Shown here piece after piece: positions 12,637 to 23,300 of a DNA stretch of 64,000 nt. How positions within the stretch are numbered: position 1 is the stretch's first letter; each line of letters starts with the position of its first letter. Both the position numbers and the translations under genes were made by a program. Source of the stretch: Lophium mytilinum. Lineage: Eukaryota. The notes beneath the pieces were generated by a model. That model made no database searches. It had not been told where the DNA came from and was given only the letters and a program-made list of their open reading frames with translations. The stretch covers positions 684,726 through 748,725 of the forward strand of contig MU004198.1 of the NCBI GenBank assembly GCA_010093605.1, in the 5' to 3' direction.

Positions 12637-14672
12637 TTAAAACGCCCACCTCTTGCGATATTTCTCTTCAGCATCCAGCAGCCTCTCAATATCACGTCCC
12701 ATCCCCTCGTCCACAACACCCTTATTCCGCTCCTGCAAGCATTCCCTCGCCGCCCTTAAATTATAAAAACAGCAATTCGGCATAATCGGAATCGCCTCGT
12801 CATCGTGCCACTCCGCAGCATCGAGCATCATTCTACACGCCGCGTCAAGCCCGATCCACGCAATGGCCTTTCTCCGACGATCGGTCTCACTTCTCCGGTA
12901 TTGAAGAGTATCAAGGACAGATCCATGGAGAAGGAAAAGCAGCCTATTCAGTGCGACTGTTAGCCACCACCAAAGCCTCGCGCCGTCCGCGATGCTTACC
13001 GGGCACAGAGCGCGACGGGAACGCAGCTGAGTGTTTGCCGCCACTCTGCTTCTCCCATGACTAACTCGAGGAAACTGCGGACTCTGCTGTCGAGCTCCGC
13101 TAGTTCTGCAAGCTTGGTGTCCGGGGTGGTAGCGGTGCGGCGCATGATGAGCAATAGTCGATCTAGAAGGTAGATCGACTGTGCTTGCCGTCCGAACTGG
13201 CCAGCGTACGCAGCATCCAGGCTCGATACCGTAACATGGTTAAAGCCTTGCGAGTCGGGCCCTGGCGTTGAATCAAGCCCTGTCGTTGGCCTTCGATCTG
13301 AGGGCAACCGGCAGTCAGGGCCTGGATACTCGGCCTGCGGTTGTATATCTCTTTGGTCCATCTCGCATAATATAAGCCTGATATGCAACTCTAGTTAACA
13401 GTTCTCACTTCGCAGCCTGGCAATTTTGTTTGTGTTATCACGCGTACCTCTCAAGCATCGCAATCGCCCATGCGAGATTCTCCTTCTCCATCATGTCCAA
13501 TCGGGAGCCGCTTGCTATTCGTGCGTCTTTGGTGGTTCTTACCGACTTTATGCCGATTCCTAGAACCCGTGCCATGCCCACACAGGTCATCATGGAGATG
13601 TATGCGGCCTCTAAGCGGAGGCCTGTGTATTCACGTAGTGCGATGAGGAACGCCGCTTGCACTAGTCGTAGAGATGTGCAGAGAGAGGCTTGAACTTGAG
13701 CAAAAGCTGACTTCGTGGTCATGTAGAGGAACTCCTGACTTGCACGCGGCGGTAGGAAAGAAGGATCTTGGGGAGGAAGTACGATCAGCAGCATGGCGAG
13801 AAGTAGAACCGTGAAATCTGCAGGTGGAACATCTCTTTCTTCTCGATATCGTGACGCTTCTTGGCGGAATGAGTCGGGCGATATTACAGGGAGCGATTTA
13901 TGGAAGACCTCAAAGTAGCGGTCGGTGATGTTAACGTTACCGTAGGTGAGCTTGGTAAGCTCGGTCAAGCGTCGGGCTAGCTGGTCTAGCGATTCTTCCA
14001 CCAAATGCGGGAAGACGTAGAGACTAGAGGGATGAATAGGAGCGTCATCTTGCTGGCTCTCGGGGGACAGCAGCTGTGGCGTAATAGCTTTAGCCTGAGT
14101 AAGGGTGACTCTCGGAGGAGACGGGGACTGAAGGGCTACAAAGTGTCTGCCTGGGTAATACCTTAAGGTGGCAATAAAGTTAGCAAATCTTTCAAACCCA
14201 AAGTAAGGAAATCAATATTAATGGCAGGTTATGCTGCGTAAGACACTCCTTTAGGGAATTCTATGACACTACTGTCCAACTTACCCACTCAACACCACTG
14301 CTCGGGGTAGCCTGACTGCTGGGCTGGCAATTAGTCAAGAGGCAGTCTAATCTACATTGCTTGAACTTTGACATCGCCCTCGAGTCTTCGAAACCTGTGG
14401 GGGTACCCCAAGCAGTGGCGTACCAGTGGACAGTAGTTGCCTCGGAACACTCCTTGAGTAGTTTTTTAAACAAAAAATGGCTAAGAAACTTTTTATCTGT
14501 ATCGGGGGCTTACGTACGTCCGCCGGTCTTTACTCTTGGGCGCCGAAACATCGTATCTGCAGAGCAGCCGGCGGCTGGCGCAGAAAGCACAGGTAGGCAA
14601 GGCTTTGTTGCATGCCTTTTTCCGTAACATGCAGGCATGACAGACGTTCGGAGCGTGCTTCGTGTCGGCCAT
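12637..14672 (-). CDS. Zn(II)2Cys6 fungal transcription factor (4 exons)
   Basis: Exon 1 (14672-14518, missed by the ORF track) encodes MADTKHAPNVCHACMLRKKACNKALPTCAFCASRRLLCRY. Introns are 14517-14162 (GTACGT...GCTAAC...AAG, 356 nt), 13447-13378 and 12999-12944, and splicing keeps one frame. RYFEVFHKSLPVIS is typical of the middle homology region. Confidence 0.88.
14265..14441 (-). ncRNA. Candidate structured RNA element, copy 1, inside TF intron 1
   Basis: On the minus strand ACGCCACTGCTTGGGGTA pairs with TACCCCGAGCAGTGGTGT (18 bp, 2 G-U), and the outer ACTACTGTCCA pairs with TGGACAGTAGT. The core is ~85% identical to 16363-16497. Confidence 0.55.
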
Positions 14673-15110
14673 TGTCGCTGTCCGGCAGATTCATAATCAC
14701 ACTGACGGATTGTACTTGATACCCGCAAGGAATAGCAATATAAGTCTCTGAGGCGGCCGCCCCTAGCCATATATAAGGAAGCGCCCGCTGCTTACCCGCG
14801 CTTGCCCAGGTGGTGAGGTTGGAGGCCAGCCACTAGGAATAGAGCCAAGGTAAAGCCCCTGCATTCTGTGGGCCGCCGCTGACTCGATCAGGACCATGAT
14901 CTTCATATCTCCAACGACGGGCCGATGAGCTTATTGAACTCGATAGTATGAAGAGGATATAGTGACAAATTAACGGCCCATACAGGCAGCCTGTATGGCT
15001 ATATATTGGGATGCTGTGCGCCACTGACTTGCATCAACCTTCACTCCAAGCCCGACCAAGCAAGAAAGAACGTTACTTCTACATTAGCATCTACAACAAC
15101 TACCGCCAAC

Positions 15111-16212
15111 ATGACTTCCACAACGACAGAGACAACCGCTCAGCTCCAGTACATTGAAAAGGGCGGTGCCTTCAAGATCGTGCAAGTACCCAAGCCTACG
15201 CTGGCTCCCGGAGAGGTGCTGATCCGGCAGCGCGTGGCTGCTCTCAACCTGGTGGATGTGAAGCAGCGCGACCTGGGTCTAATGATACCAAGCTGGCCAA
15301 CCGTGTTGGGAATCGAGGGTGCCGGCGTGGTCGAAGCCGTGGGCTCGGAAGTGCGCGACCTGCAGCCCGGCGATGAGGTCGCTGGCTTGGAGGGAGGCGG
15401 AGCCCACGATGTCGCTTGGGGCGGTGCGTTCCAGGAGTGCGTCGCGGTACCAGCGACCTTGTTAGCCAAGAAGCCCAAGAATATAAGCCTTGTGGAGGCT
15501 GCATCACTGCCGTAAGTCTGTTCGGATTGAGGCATGCGGTTTTCGTACGAGAGCTGACCTGGCGTTGAACAGCGTCGGCTTCATCACCGCCGTCTGTGGG
15601 ATCGTCTACAGCCTCAAGATCCCGCTGCCGTTCCTGCACGGCCTCTCGACCAAGGGAGAAGCGCCCTCTTCCGTTCTTGTCCTGGGTGGGAGCTCCGTAA
15701 CGGGCGCCGCGGTGATCCAACTCCTGCGAAAAGCCTACCCAGCGCTGCCGATTCTCGCAACGAGCTCGCCAAAGCATAACGCGCGACTGTACGACCTTGG
15801 TGCAACATCTGTCGTCGATTACAAGTCTCCCTCCGTCGTAACCGATATTAAAGCCGCATCGCCAGGAGCCGCCGGAGTCGACGTGATTTTCGACTGCGTG
15901 TCGGCTGGCGCCAGCCAGACTGATATCAGCGACGTGTTCGATTCGGCCGGCTCGAAGAGGTACGCTGCTGTCGTCACCAGCGTGACAGTTCCAGTACCGG
16001 AGGGAGTCACCAAGCTCGACGTCGGCGGGTGGAATATTGTCGACTTGCAAGGTGGCATGCAGCTCATTTCGTCGCTCACCAAGCTTGTAGAGGAGGGCAC
16101 GTACAGGGTGCCGCTTCCGGTGAGGGTTGTTGGGCATGGATTGGAAGAGCTGCCCAAGGTTCTGGATGAGGTGAAGACTGTCAGCGGAGAGAAAGTAGTT
16201 GTGACGCTGTAA
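15111..16212 (+). CDS. MDR-family NAD(P)-dependent oxidoreductase (trans-enoyl-reductase-like)
   Basis: Motifs EVLIRQRVAALNLVD, VLGIEGAGVVEAVG and VLVLGGSSVTG (Rossmann). Intron 15512-15572. Divergent from the TF, ~440 bp between ATGs, with a TATA-like ctatata at ~14999. Confidence 0.88.
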
Positions 16213-16330
16213 TTTGATTTGCCCCAGGCAGAATTGCAGAGCGATGTGCGAAGAGGAGGTGGCTGTAAAATGTTTAGAAGCTTTTCATGGGTTACGAACT
16301 ATCTCCTCAGTGGTTCTAAGTTGTAGCAAC

Positions 16331-16546
16331 GAGAATACAGTGACAGGCCGCAAGTCTGGGCACACTGGTATGCCACTGCCTGGGGTACCCCCACAGGGTT
16401 TCGAAGGCTCAAGGGCAATGTTAAGCTTCAAGCAGTGCAGATCAGACTGCCTTTTGACTAATTGCCTGCTTAGTAGCCAGGCTACCTCCAACAGTGGGCA
16501 AGTTGGAGCCGAGTGTGCCCGGACTTGTGGCCTAGGACTGTAACTC
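16331..16546 (+). ncRNA. Candidate structured RNA element, copy 2, ~120 nt downstream of the reductase stop
   Basis: AGGCCGCAAGTCTGGGCACACT (16345-16366) pairs with AGTGTGCCCGGACTTGTGGCCT (16512-16533), 22 bp with 2 G-U. TACAGT/ACTGTA pairs outside it. It encloses the same core as copy 1. Confidence 0.55.
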
Positions 16547-16791
16547 AATCTGTCTGTATATCGCCAAGAATATAAATTAAAAAAAAGTTGTGTTCTATTA
16601 CGAGGTGACGATTGATTCCTCAAGTGAAGTCGTCTTTAGTATTTGTCGGTTGCAGGCCAACCTGACTCCGATAGATCCATACCTGTATACCTGTATACCC
16701 CAATGCATACGTTAATTTCATATATTTGTAAACTTACAATCGTCATCCATTATTTTCCATCAGATCGATTCCATCTCTTCCCCAAGTTCGT

Positions 16792-18657
16792 TCACGTCAC
16801 ACACGCCGTCGAGCTCCAACCCACCGTCCATCTCACACTACCCATGATAACGACGAGAACACCAAGCCCGCCCAGCACGCTCGCACTTCCGTAGAAGTAG
16901 GCGTGCTTCCGCCTCAGCCCATTTAATTCCGCAACCCACGTGCTCACGGTGGTAAGACACCCGCAAAAGCCATCCATGAGGCCTTGGAAAATCTGACAGC
17001 CGACGCGACCACCGCCCATCGCCGATCCCTCGAGACGCACATGCTGAAGGTCGTACGCCATGCCGAGTACTGCGGTGCCAAAGATGTTGACAGCGAAAGT
17101 ACCCAGAGGGAAAGATGGGGAGATTCCGTTAAGCTTCAAGCTGGCATAGAATCGCAATAAACATCCAAGAGGCGCGAACACTAGGGCGAATATTGCTTGC
17201 CCACGCCATGTCTCGTTGCTCCAGCTTCCTTTACTATCGGGACCGGAGGGCCGGTCTGGCGGCCATATAGCCATGAAGACTGCACCTAACCAAGCAGCCC
17301 ATGCAATGACGACAACGGCGCGGTCAAGAATTTTTCGAAGTAGGACGAAGGAAAAAGTAGGGGTGAAGGGGTCAAGAAGTATAGCTATGTGAGCCCCAAC
17401 CTTGAGAGCCGACATGCAGAGGGTAACGGTAAGAATGATAACGGCTAACAGAGCCATAAAGCTATAACCCCCATTTCGGGATACGGTGGAGGATGTTGAG
17501 ATTGGGCCAGCACCAGTGTATGGGTGATTGATGGGCGTTGGAAGGTCATTGGATAGCGCGAAAAAGGCGTCTCTTATGAATGACGAGAAGGATGTGAAAG
17601 ACCCGCATAATCCAGTCGTAAGGCCAATGTAAAGTGGTATAGTCTTCTTGAGCTTGGAATGAGCCGCTTTGGCTGCTTCTGGATCAGAACCAGATTCGGC
17701 ATCGTTCAAACTCTTCCCACTTCCGCTACCATTGTGTCGTTCATCGCGGAATAGGCGACGGTCCTCCGATAAAAATCCCATAATCAGAGAGCCAGCGAAA
17801 TTAGCCCACAAAACACCCATCACTTCTGGCGCTCCAGGGTAGAAGGTCAGCCATTGAAGACCCAAACGCGCCAACGTGCCCAGTAACGAGAACAGTATTA
17901 GGTATGATATGGTATACAGTTCGGTGGCAAACAGCGAAGCCTTTCGCTTCTGCGGCGACAACGGTTTCCCATTGGAAAGATTGGACGAGGAAGCCCCTGG
18001 CACTTTTTCATCTGAAAGAGCAGGTGAAAATCGATTGTCTCGTATAGGTGGCGGTTCAGCATCGCCGAGGCTGTGGCCTCGTCCAAAGTGATCAAAATCG
18101 AATGCGGCAGCATCCTGACTGTTTATCGGTCCTTGTTGCGTGCTCCCTCTTCTTGACCGCCGTGGATCCCTTGACTTTGATCTTTCGCCCTCTAGGGTGT
18201 GATGCCTGTATAGCCGATCCTCGTTTGGATTTTCCACGGGCGATGGGGCCGCAGCCTCGTCGAGGTTTCCGTAGTTATCCGGGATTGTATATTCATCGCC
18301 CCGATCTCGTTGTTTTCTCGCACTCTGTGACCGCGGCCGCTCTCCCGTAGTCTTTCGGCTGACCGAGCTCCCACTGCTCCTGTGTTTCTCACGCCGTCTA
18401 TTCTTGTCTTCTAGGCTCCTGTGTCTGTAAGACGATGCTTCCATGGGGTTCTGATCCGGAGCAGGCCCAGTCTCGGTGAGGTTGTCGTAATTCTGCGGTA
18501 ATGCATATTCGCTGTAGTCGCTGGCCAATTGCTCTCGCGCTGGTGGTCCTGACCGCCGCGACCTGATTGACCGATCGGATCGAAGAGAGGAGCGCTGCTG
18601 GTTGTAGTGGCCCTCGCGATGGGACGGCAAAGCCTCATCGCTGTCGTTGTTGTCCAT
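16792..18657 (-). CDS. FEX1: Fluoride exporter FEX (two CrcB/Fluc domains)
   Basis: Fluc signatures GTLARLGL, WANFAGSLIMG, GLTTGLCGSFTSFSSF, GTFAVNIFG and GFCGCLTTVSTW in two halves. Confidence 0.93.
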   Translation of the reverse strand: MDNNDSDEALPSHREGHYNQQRSSLRSDRSIRSRRSGPPAREQLASDYSEYALPQNYDNLTETGPAPDQNPMEASSYRHRSLEDKNRRREKHRSSGSSVSRKTTGERPRSQSARKQRDRGDEYTIPDNYGNLDEAAAPSPVENPNEDRLYRHHTLEGERSKSRDPRRSRRGSTQQGPINSQDAAAFDFDHFGRGHSLGDAEPPPIRDNRFSPALSDEKVPGASSSNLSNGKPLSPQKRKASLFATELYTISYLILFSLLGTLARLGLQWLTFYPGAPEVMGVLWANFAGSLIMGFLSEDRRLFRDERHNGSGSGKSLNDAESGSDPEAAKAAHSKLKKTIPLYIGLTTGLCGSFTSFSSFIRDAFFALSNDLPTPINHPYTGAGPISTSSTVSRNGGYSFMALLAVIILTVTLCMSALKVGAHIAILLDPFTPTFSFVLLRKILDRAVVVIAWAAWLGAVFMAIWPPDRPSGPDSKGSWSNETWRGQAIFALVFAPLGCLLRFYASLKLNGISPSFPLGTFAVNIFGTAVLGMAYDLQHVRLEGSAMGGGRVGCQIFQGLMDGFCGCLTTVSTWVAELNGLRRKHAYFYGSASVLGGLGVLVVIMGSVRWTVGWSSTACVT

Positions 18658-18995
18658 GACGTACCGGATGCTATTCGAATCGCGACCTCTCAGCCCAGCT
18701 TCCGCAGTATGTTATATGGAAGGGAAAGGCGCAACGGCCTTGCTCGAGAAAAGGGGCATTGTAGTACGTGGACAGGTGCAGAATCGAACATGCAGAGAGA
18801 CGTGGACTGCATCATTGACCTGGCACGAATGGCCCTCTTCGTCCCACCACAAAGAAGATCGGCGCCAGGGTCCCATGCGTCGGCCAGTGCCGCCTCAGAT
18901 ATGTAGCTGCTGCACCACCACCTTCCCTTCTGCATTCTCACTCCCACACACACCCGCTCAGCTTCAAAAATACCCTCCTAAACTCGATTCCCGCC

Positions 18996-19865
18996 ATGGC
19001 TTCCGCACTCCCCGCCAACGTCCACGTCTCGCAGCATCCATGCCTCAAGGCCAAGCTCTCCCAGCTCCGCTCACAGTCAACGGGGACCCGCGATGTACAG
19101 TCGCTCGTCCACGAAATCGCGTCTATGGTAGGATATGAAGCTCTAGCCAGTGGCTTAGAGACAAAAGAAGACGGAACCGTAAGCCCAATCCTCTCCATAC
19201 CCGCTCCAATTCGCTTAGAATACATCCCATCCATCATCCTCACCTACCCCACCCCCACTGTTCCCAACACCCCCTTATACTCTCTCTCTACAGAAACCCC
19301 CACTAACATGCCCCAGGACACTTCCCCCCTCAACTACACCTACACGCGCACCACCATCTCACCCACCCTCATCTCCCTCGTCCCCATCCTCCGCTCCGGC
19401 CTCAGCATGGTCCCCGCCCTCTCCTCGCTCCTCCCCTTCCCCGTCCCCGTGCACCACCTCGGGCTATACCGCGAGAAAACCACGCTGCAGCCCGTCGAAT
19501 ACTACAACAACCTGCCCTACCACTCGCAGTCCTCGACCGCGCCGTCCGCCACCAACACGCCCAACCCGCTGAACCCCTCGCACCACGCCCCCGGCCCCGC
19601 CGAGCTCGCGATTATCGTGGATCCGATTATCGCGACGGGCGCGACGGCGTGCGCGGCGATTGAGACGCTGCGGGATTGGGGGGTCAAGCGGATTATTATG
19701 GTGAGTGTGCTGGGGAGCGAGGCGGGGTTGAAGAGGGCGGCGGGGGAGTGGGAGGGGGTGGAGATTTGGGTGGGTGGGGTGGATCAGGAGGTGGATGCGC
19801 GGGGGATGATTAAGCCAGGGTTGGGGGATGTGGGGGATAGGCTGTACTTGACTATTGGGAAGTAG
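18996..19865 (+). CDS. Uracil phosphoribosyltransferase family protein
   Basis: Motifs LVPILRSGLSM, GLYREKTTLQPVEYYNNLP, VDPIIATGAT and IKPGLGDVGDRL. Probable in-frame intron 19179-19316 (GTAAGC...CTAAC...CAG). Confidence 0.92.
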   Translation: MASALPANVHVSQHPCLKAKLSQLRSQSTGTRDVQSLVHEIASMVGYEALASGLETKEDGTVSPILSIPAPIRLEYIPSIILTYPTPTVPNTPLYSLSTETPTNMPQDTSPLNYTYTRTTISPTLISLVPILRSGLSMVPALSSLLPFPVPVHHLGLYREKTTLQPVEYYNNLPYHSQSSTAPSATNTPNPLNPSHHAPGPAELAIIVDPIIATGATACAAIETLRDWGVKRIIMVSVLGSEAGLKRAAGEWEGVEIWVGGVDQEVDARGMIKPGLGDVGDRLYLTIGK

Positions 19866-20304
19866 GGGTGAGGAGGGTGGTTACGCGGTGTCGAGTGTGC
19901 TGGTGGGCTCTCCGTGCATTGAAGGTGGCATATGTGAGATGAGGTCAAGGTGTGGGGCGCATGGACTGTTGTAGGTCATGTAGAGCGAGAGGTTGCTTTG
20001 GTGCATGCATCAGTTGGGATTCTCGATACCACAAATGCGATATGCTTGAACGATATAGATGCAATTCTTTAGATAAATACGTTGGCTCACCCCTATCGTT
20101 GAGCCGAGATGAACGCCAATTGTATGCCCATAGCCGCAAATGCTGTGCTGTGTAAGCCGCCCTCCCATACTGTCCATGCCTCGTAAAATATCCAGATCTG
20201 TATGCCGGTAAAATGTAGCACAGCTGTCGGTTTTGGGCCAAGGTCTTCTGAAAGACCCTGGCACTCTAGATCCCCATCCTCGCCCAACATTCATCCTCCA
20301 TGCC

Positions 20305-23300
20305 TCATTCCTCATCCTCACTAATGATAGTCCTCACACTCCCACTCCTCCTCGACTCCGACGCCAAACTCTCGACCTCCGTGCCCATCCCCGCCCAACT
20401 CTTCCCGCCAGTCGCCATAACAAGCTCCATGTTCAGCTCTTTCGTAAACCACCTCTCCCTCCTCTTCTCTTCCCTCTTGCCACCCTCCAGCGCCGAGCGG
20501 GATGCCCTACTCATCCGCTGTCTTTTCGCCCGCCCGCCTTCCGATAGCAGGTTACTCATCCGCACCCGGGCAATCTCCAGTTTCTGCTCATGCTTCACGA
20601 TGCTGCGCGCGTACGGGGCGAGATCTTCAACAATAACGCGAAACTCGCGATCAAAGGACGAAGCGATAAGAGACGACGGCATAGCGTGCGTGAGGGCATT
20701 GGTGGGTGGGACGGCGAGGGGATCCAGAGCTTCTGCGAAATCCCAACGGGTGAGATCGTTGGTAGTCCGGGCCGATGCTTTGTGTGCCAAGATCGCGCCC
20801 GTGTAAGTTTCAAGCGCGGACGGGTCTGAGTAGTATGTTGTGCGAATGTCTTCGAAGTAGGAGAGGGAGTATGAGGCGGCGGCTCGTTGGGCGGCGAGGT
20901 GGGTTCGCACATATAGCTTTTCGGCAAAAGCTGTGGGGTCCTCTAGGGGGTCGGCTTGAAGCAAGGTATGGACGTCTGTGAAATTCAGTGCACCGTTGCG
21001 CGGCATGAGTGGTTGAGTTGGATCCATGGGGTCCTGATAGGATGTCAGTACTTCTATATGCCAGACAAGGATGGAACAACTAACCATGTCGTTGAAAGGC
21101 AGCCCAACCCTACAATAGATGTCGGCTGCACTGACACATTCCAGCAGACCTTCCAGCTGCTGAAGTGTTTTGATGTTGCGTCGGACTGCTGAACCACTAG
21201 GCATCGGCTGGACGTCGAGTGGTGGATGAGCCCAGCATTCTGGACTGATTCCCCACATACCCCAGGCTTCCGTTAACAGCTCTTCTTCCTTATCAAAAGC
21301 AAGACAGTCATTGGACTGTATCACGTCGTGTGAAAGCCATCCCATGCCAGACTGATAGGTGCCTTTGCTAGCAACACGGAGAATCCGGCCGTGCTCGTCG
21401 AACTCTTTTCCAGGCGGCCATCGCTGATATATCCACTCAAGCCCTCCTTTCCTATCTCCAACCGACATCTGACACCAGAAATCCAGTTCAGTAATGCTAG
21501 CACGTAGATCGTGGTCTTTGGATCTGTAAAGATCACTGGCAGCCTTTCGTTCTAGCAAGTGGCCTTCTTTAGCGGCCAGGAGAAGCAGATAGTCTGCGGC
21601 AAGATCCACTGGCGGAGGGTAGAGACGCAGGATCGCATGGAGAGGCAAGGCTTGAAGAGCGACGAGGCTTTCGTTGCTACAAGTCATGATGATCGGCCGC
21701 TTGGATTGAGTGGCCAGTTTGATGACGGTGGCCCAGAACGACTCGTCTTCTTTGAATAAAATGTCTACCTCTTCCAGCAGGATCAAGGATTGCTTCTGGT
21801 TCTGGGACTGGTTTTGCGGTTTCGAGATTGTAGATTGAATATTTGCAGAGGCTTTCGTGCTCTTCGGCGCCTTCGTGGCGATTGGTTTTACCTTCGGCTT
21901 GGCTTGGGTCTTGACTTGCGCTTTTGGCATGAAGAAAGAGGTCATGGTACCCTGCCGACCGCTCTCGAGGTCCTTCTGAAGGGCTTCAGCCATTCGATCT
22001 TGCTCGGGATCAACTACTTCGGTAGGTATTGGTGCTAGTTTATGTTCGCCTGACTTGTGGTTGACAAGATGGTTTTCCGACATGTCGCCCACCTTGTCGA
22101 GTATATCTTTGCCGCTGCGTCGAGTTCCGGGATTGAGTTCGAATACCTCGAATCCGAGTTCCTTCGCAACAGCATACACAGTCGCCGTTTTGCCGCAACC
22201 ATGTGGCCCACTGAGGATGATTGCGTTCTTTCGCTTCGACCGAGGATCATCTGAATTATCGTGTCTGCCAGCCCGAACGACGGATCTCCTCATACCAAGC
22301 CTCGAATTAGAAGCTGTGGCGTCTTCAGGATCCGTCAACTCGTCCATATCTTCATTGTTACTGTCATCTCCTTCCGAAACAATGAAATCGTCCAGATCCT
22401 TTTTCCTCTTCTTTTTGGGAACTTTTTGCTTTGAATCAGGGCGGGTCTTCAGCTTTCCAGAGACCTCAACGCTCGAAACAGTCAGGCTCTTCAACCAGTC
22501 GCGGATAACCCCAGCTTCTTTTCCTGGCGACAGAACTTCGGCTGCGGTCGTTGGGGCGTACTTTTGAGTCCAAGCTAAAGGCTCGCACTCCCCCTTGTCG
22601 AACGGAGTAAGTGTGTTCTCGATGCTTGAGAAGAGGGCCATCAACGCCGGGTGCACTTTTTGGGCAGCAGCATCCTCTCTCCCAGGGCCAAGAATCTGGG
22701 TATGCAGCTCTTGACATACCATCTTTGCCACATCAACACCAGTGGTGAGCAGTCGCTCAGGAACGCGGAACGCCTCTAAGTGCTCGCGTTCAGCCGAGGA
22801 ATCGTCAGAACGTTGACTTTGATGCTGCGACGCCCTCAAAAGAATGTTCTCGTCATTGGAGACCGCCGCTAGAGCGCTTTTCAGTTTTCTAACTCGGGGA
22901 AAACTCTCTGATCCTGAGTCTATTGACTGTGACCATAAGACACCCTCCTTCTCGCCACCTTCTAGGCCTCGCACATGAGAAGTTAGCTTTGACGGCCAGG
23001 GCGCATCGACTTGGCCGGGGTATTTAGTAACTTTTGATTCGCCTGGAATAGGTCCGAATGCTACGGTCTTCGACGGCGAACGGTTGGCTTGCGCTTCGGC
23101 CCTTAGCTTGCCTGGAGTCACGGCACTCCTCCTGGGGGTCTTCGGCGGCTGCAATAGTGCTTGCTGAGTGGGTTCTTTTATAGGTGTCTGCTCTTCTTTC
23201 TTCTCAAGGGCCTGACCAAGAAAGAAAGGGTGCGTAGGTTTAGGAGAGCCTTTGGGTTTCCTTGGGTTGGCTTTCGGTTTAGGGGATTCGTTTTCACCTC

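Noticed and set aside
14265..14441. Group I intron, hammerhead, hairpin ribozyme or snoRNA identity for the twin element
   Set aside because: No ordered P/Q/R/S motifs, no CUGAnGA core paired with the CGAAAC, no hairpin loop-B consensus and no C/D boxes.
14261..16543. Similar short ORFs 14261-14473(-) and 16214-16543(+) (FKQCR.DCLLTNC)
   Set aside because: An indel in the shared core changes the frame between copies and both starts are non-ATG. The similarity reflects the nucleotide repeat.
1830..16640. Starship or other intact transposon
   Set aside because: No DUF3435 captain, transposase, reverse transcriptase, TIRs or target-site duplication identified.
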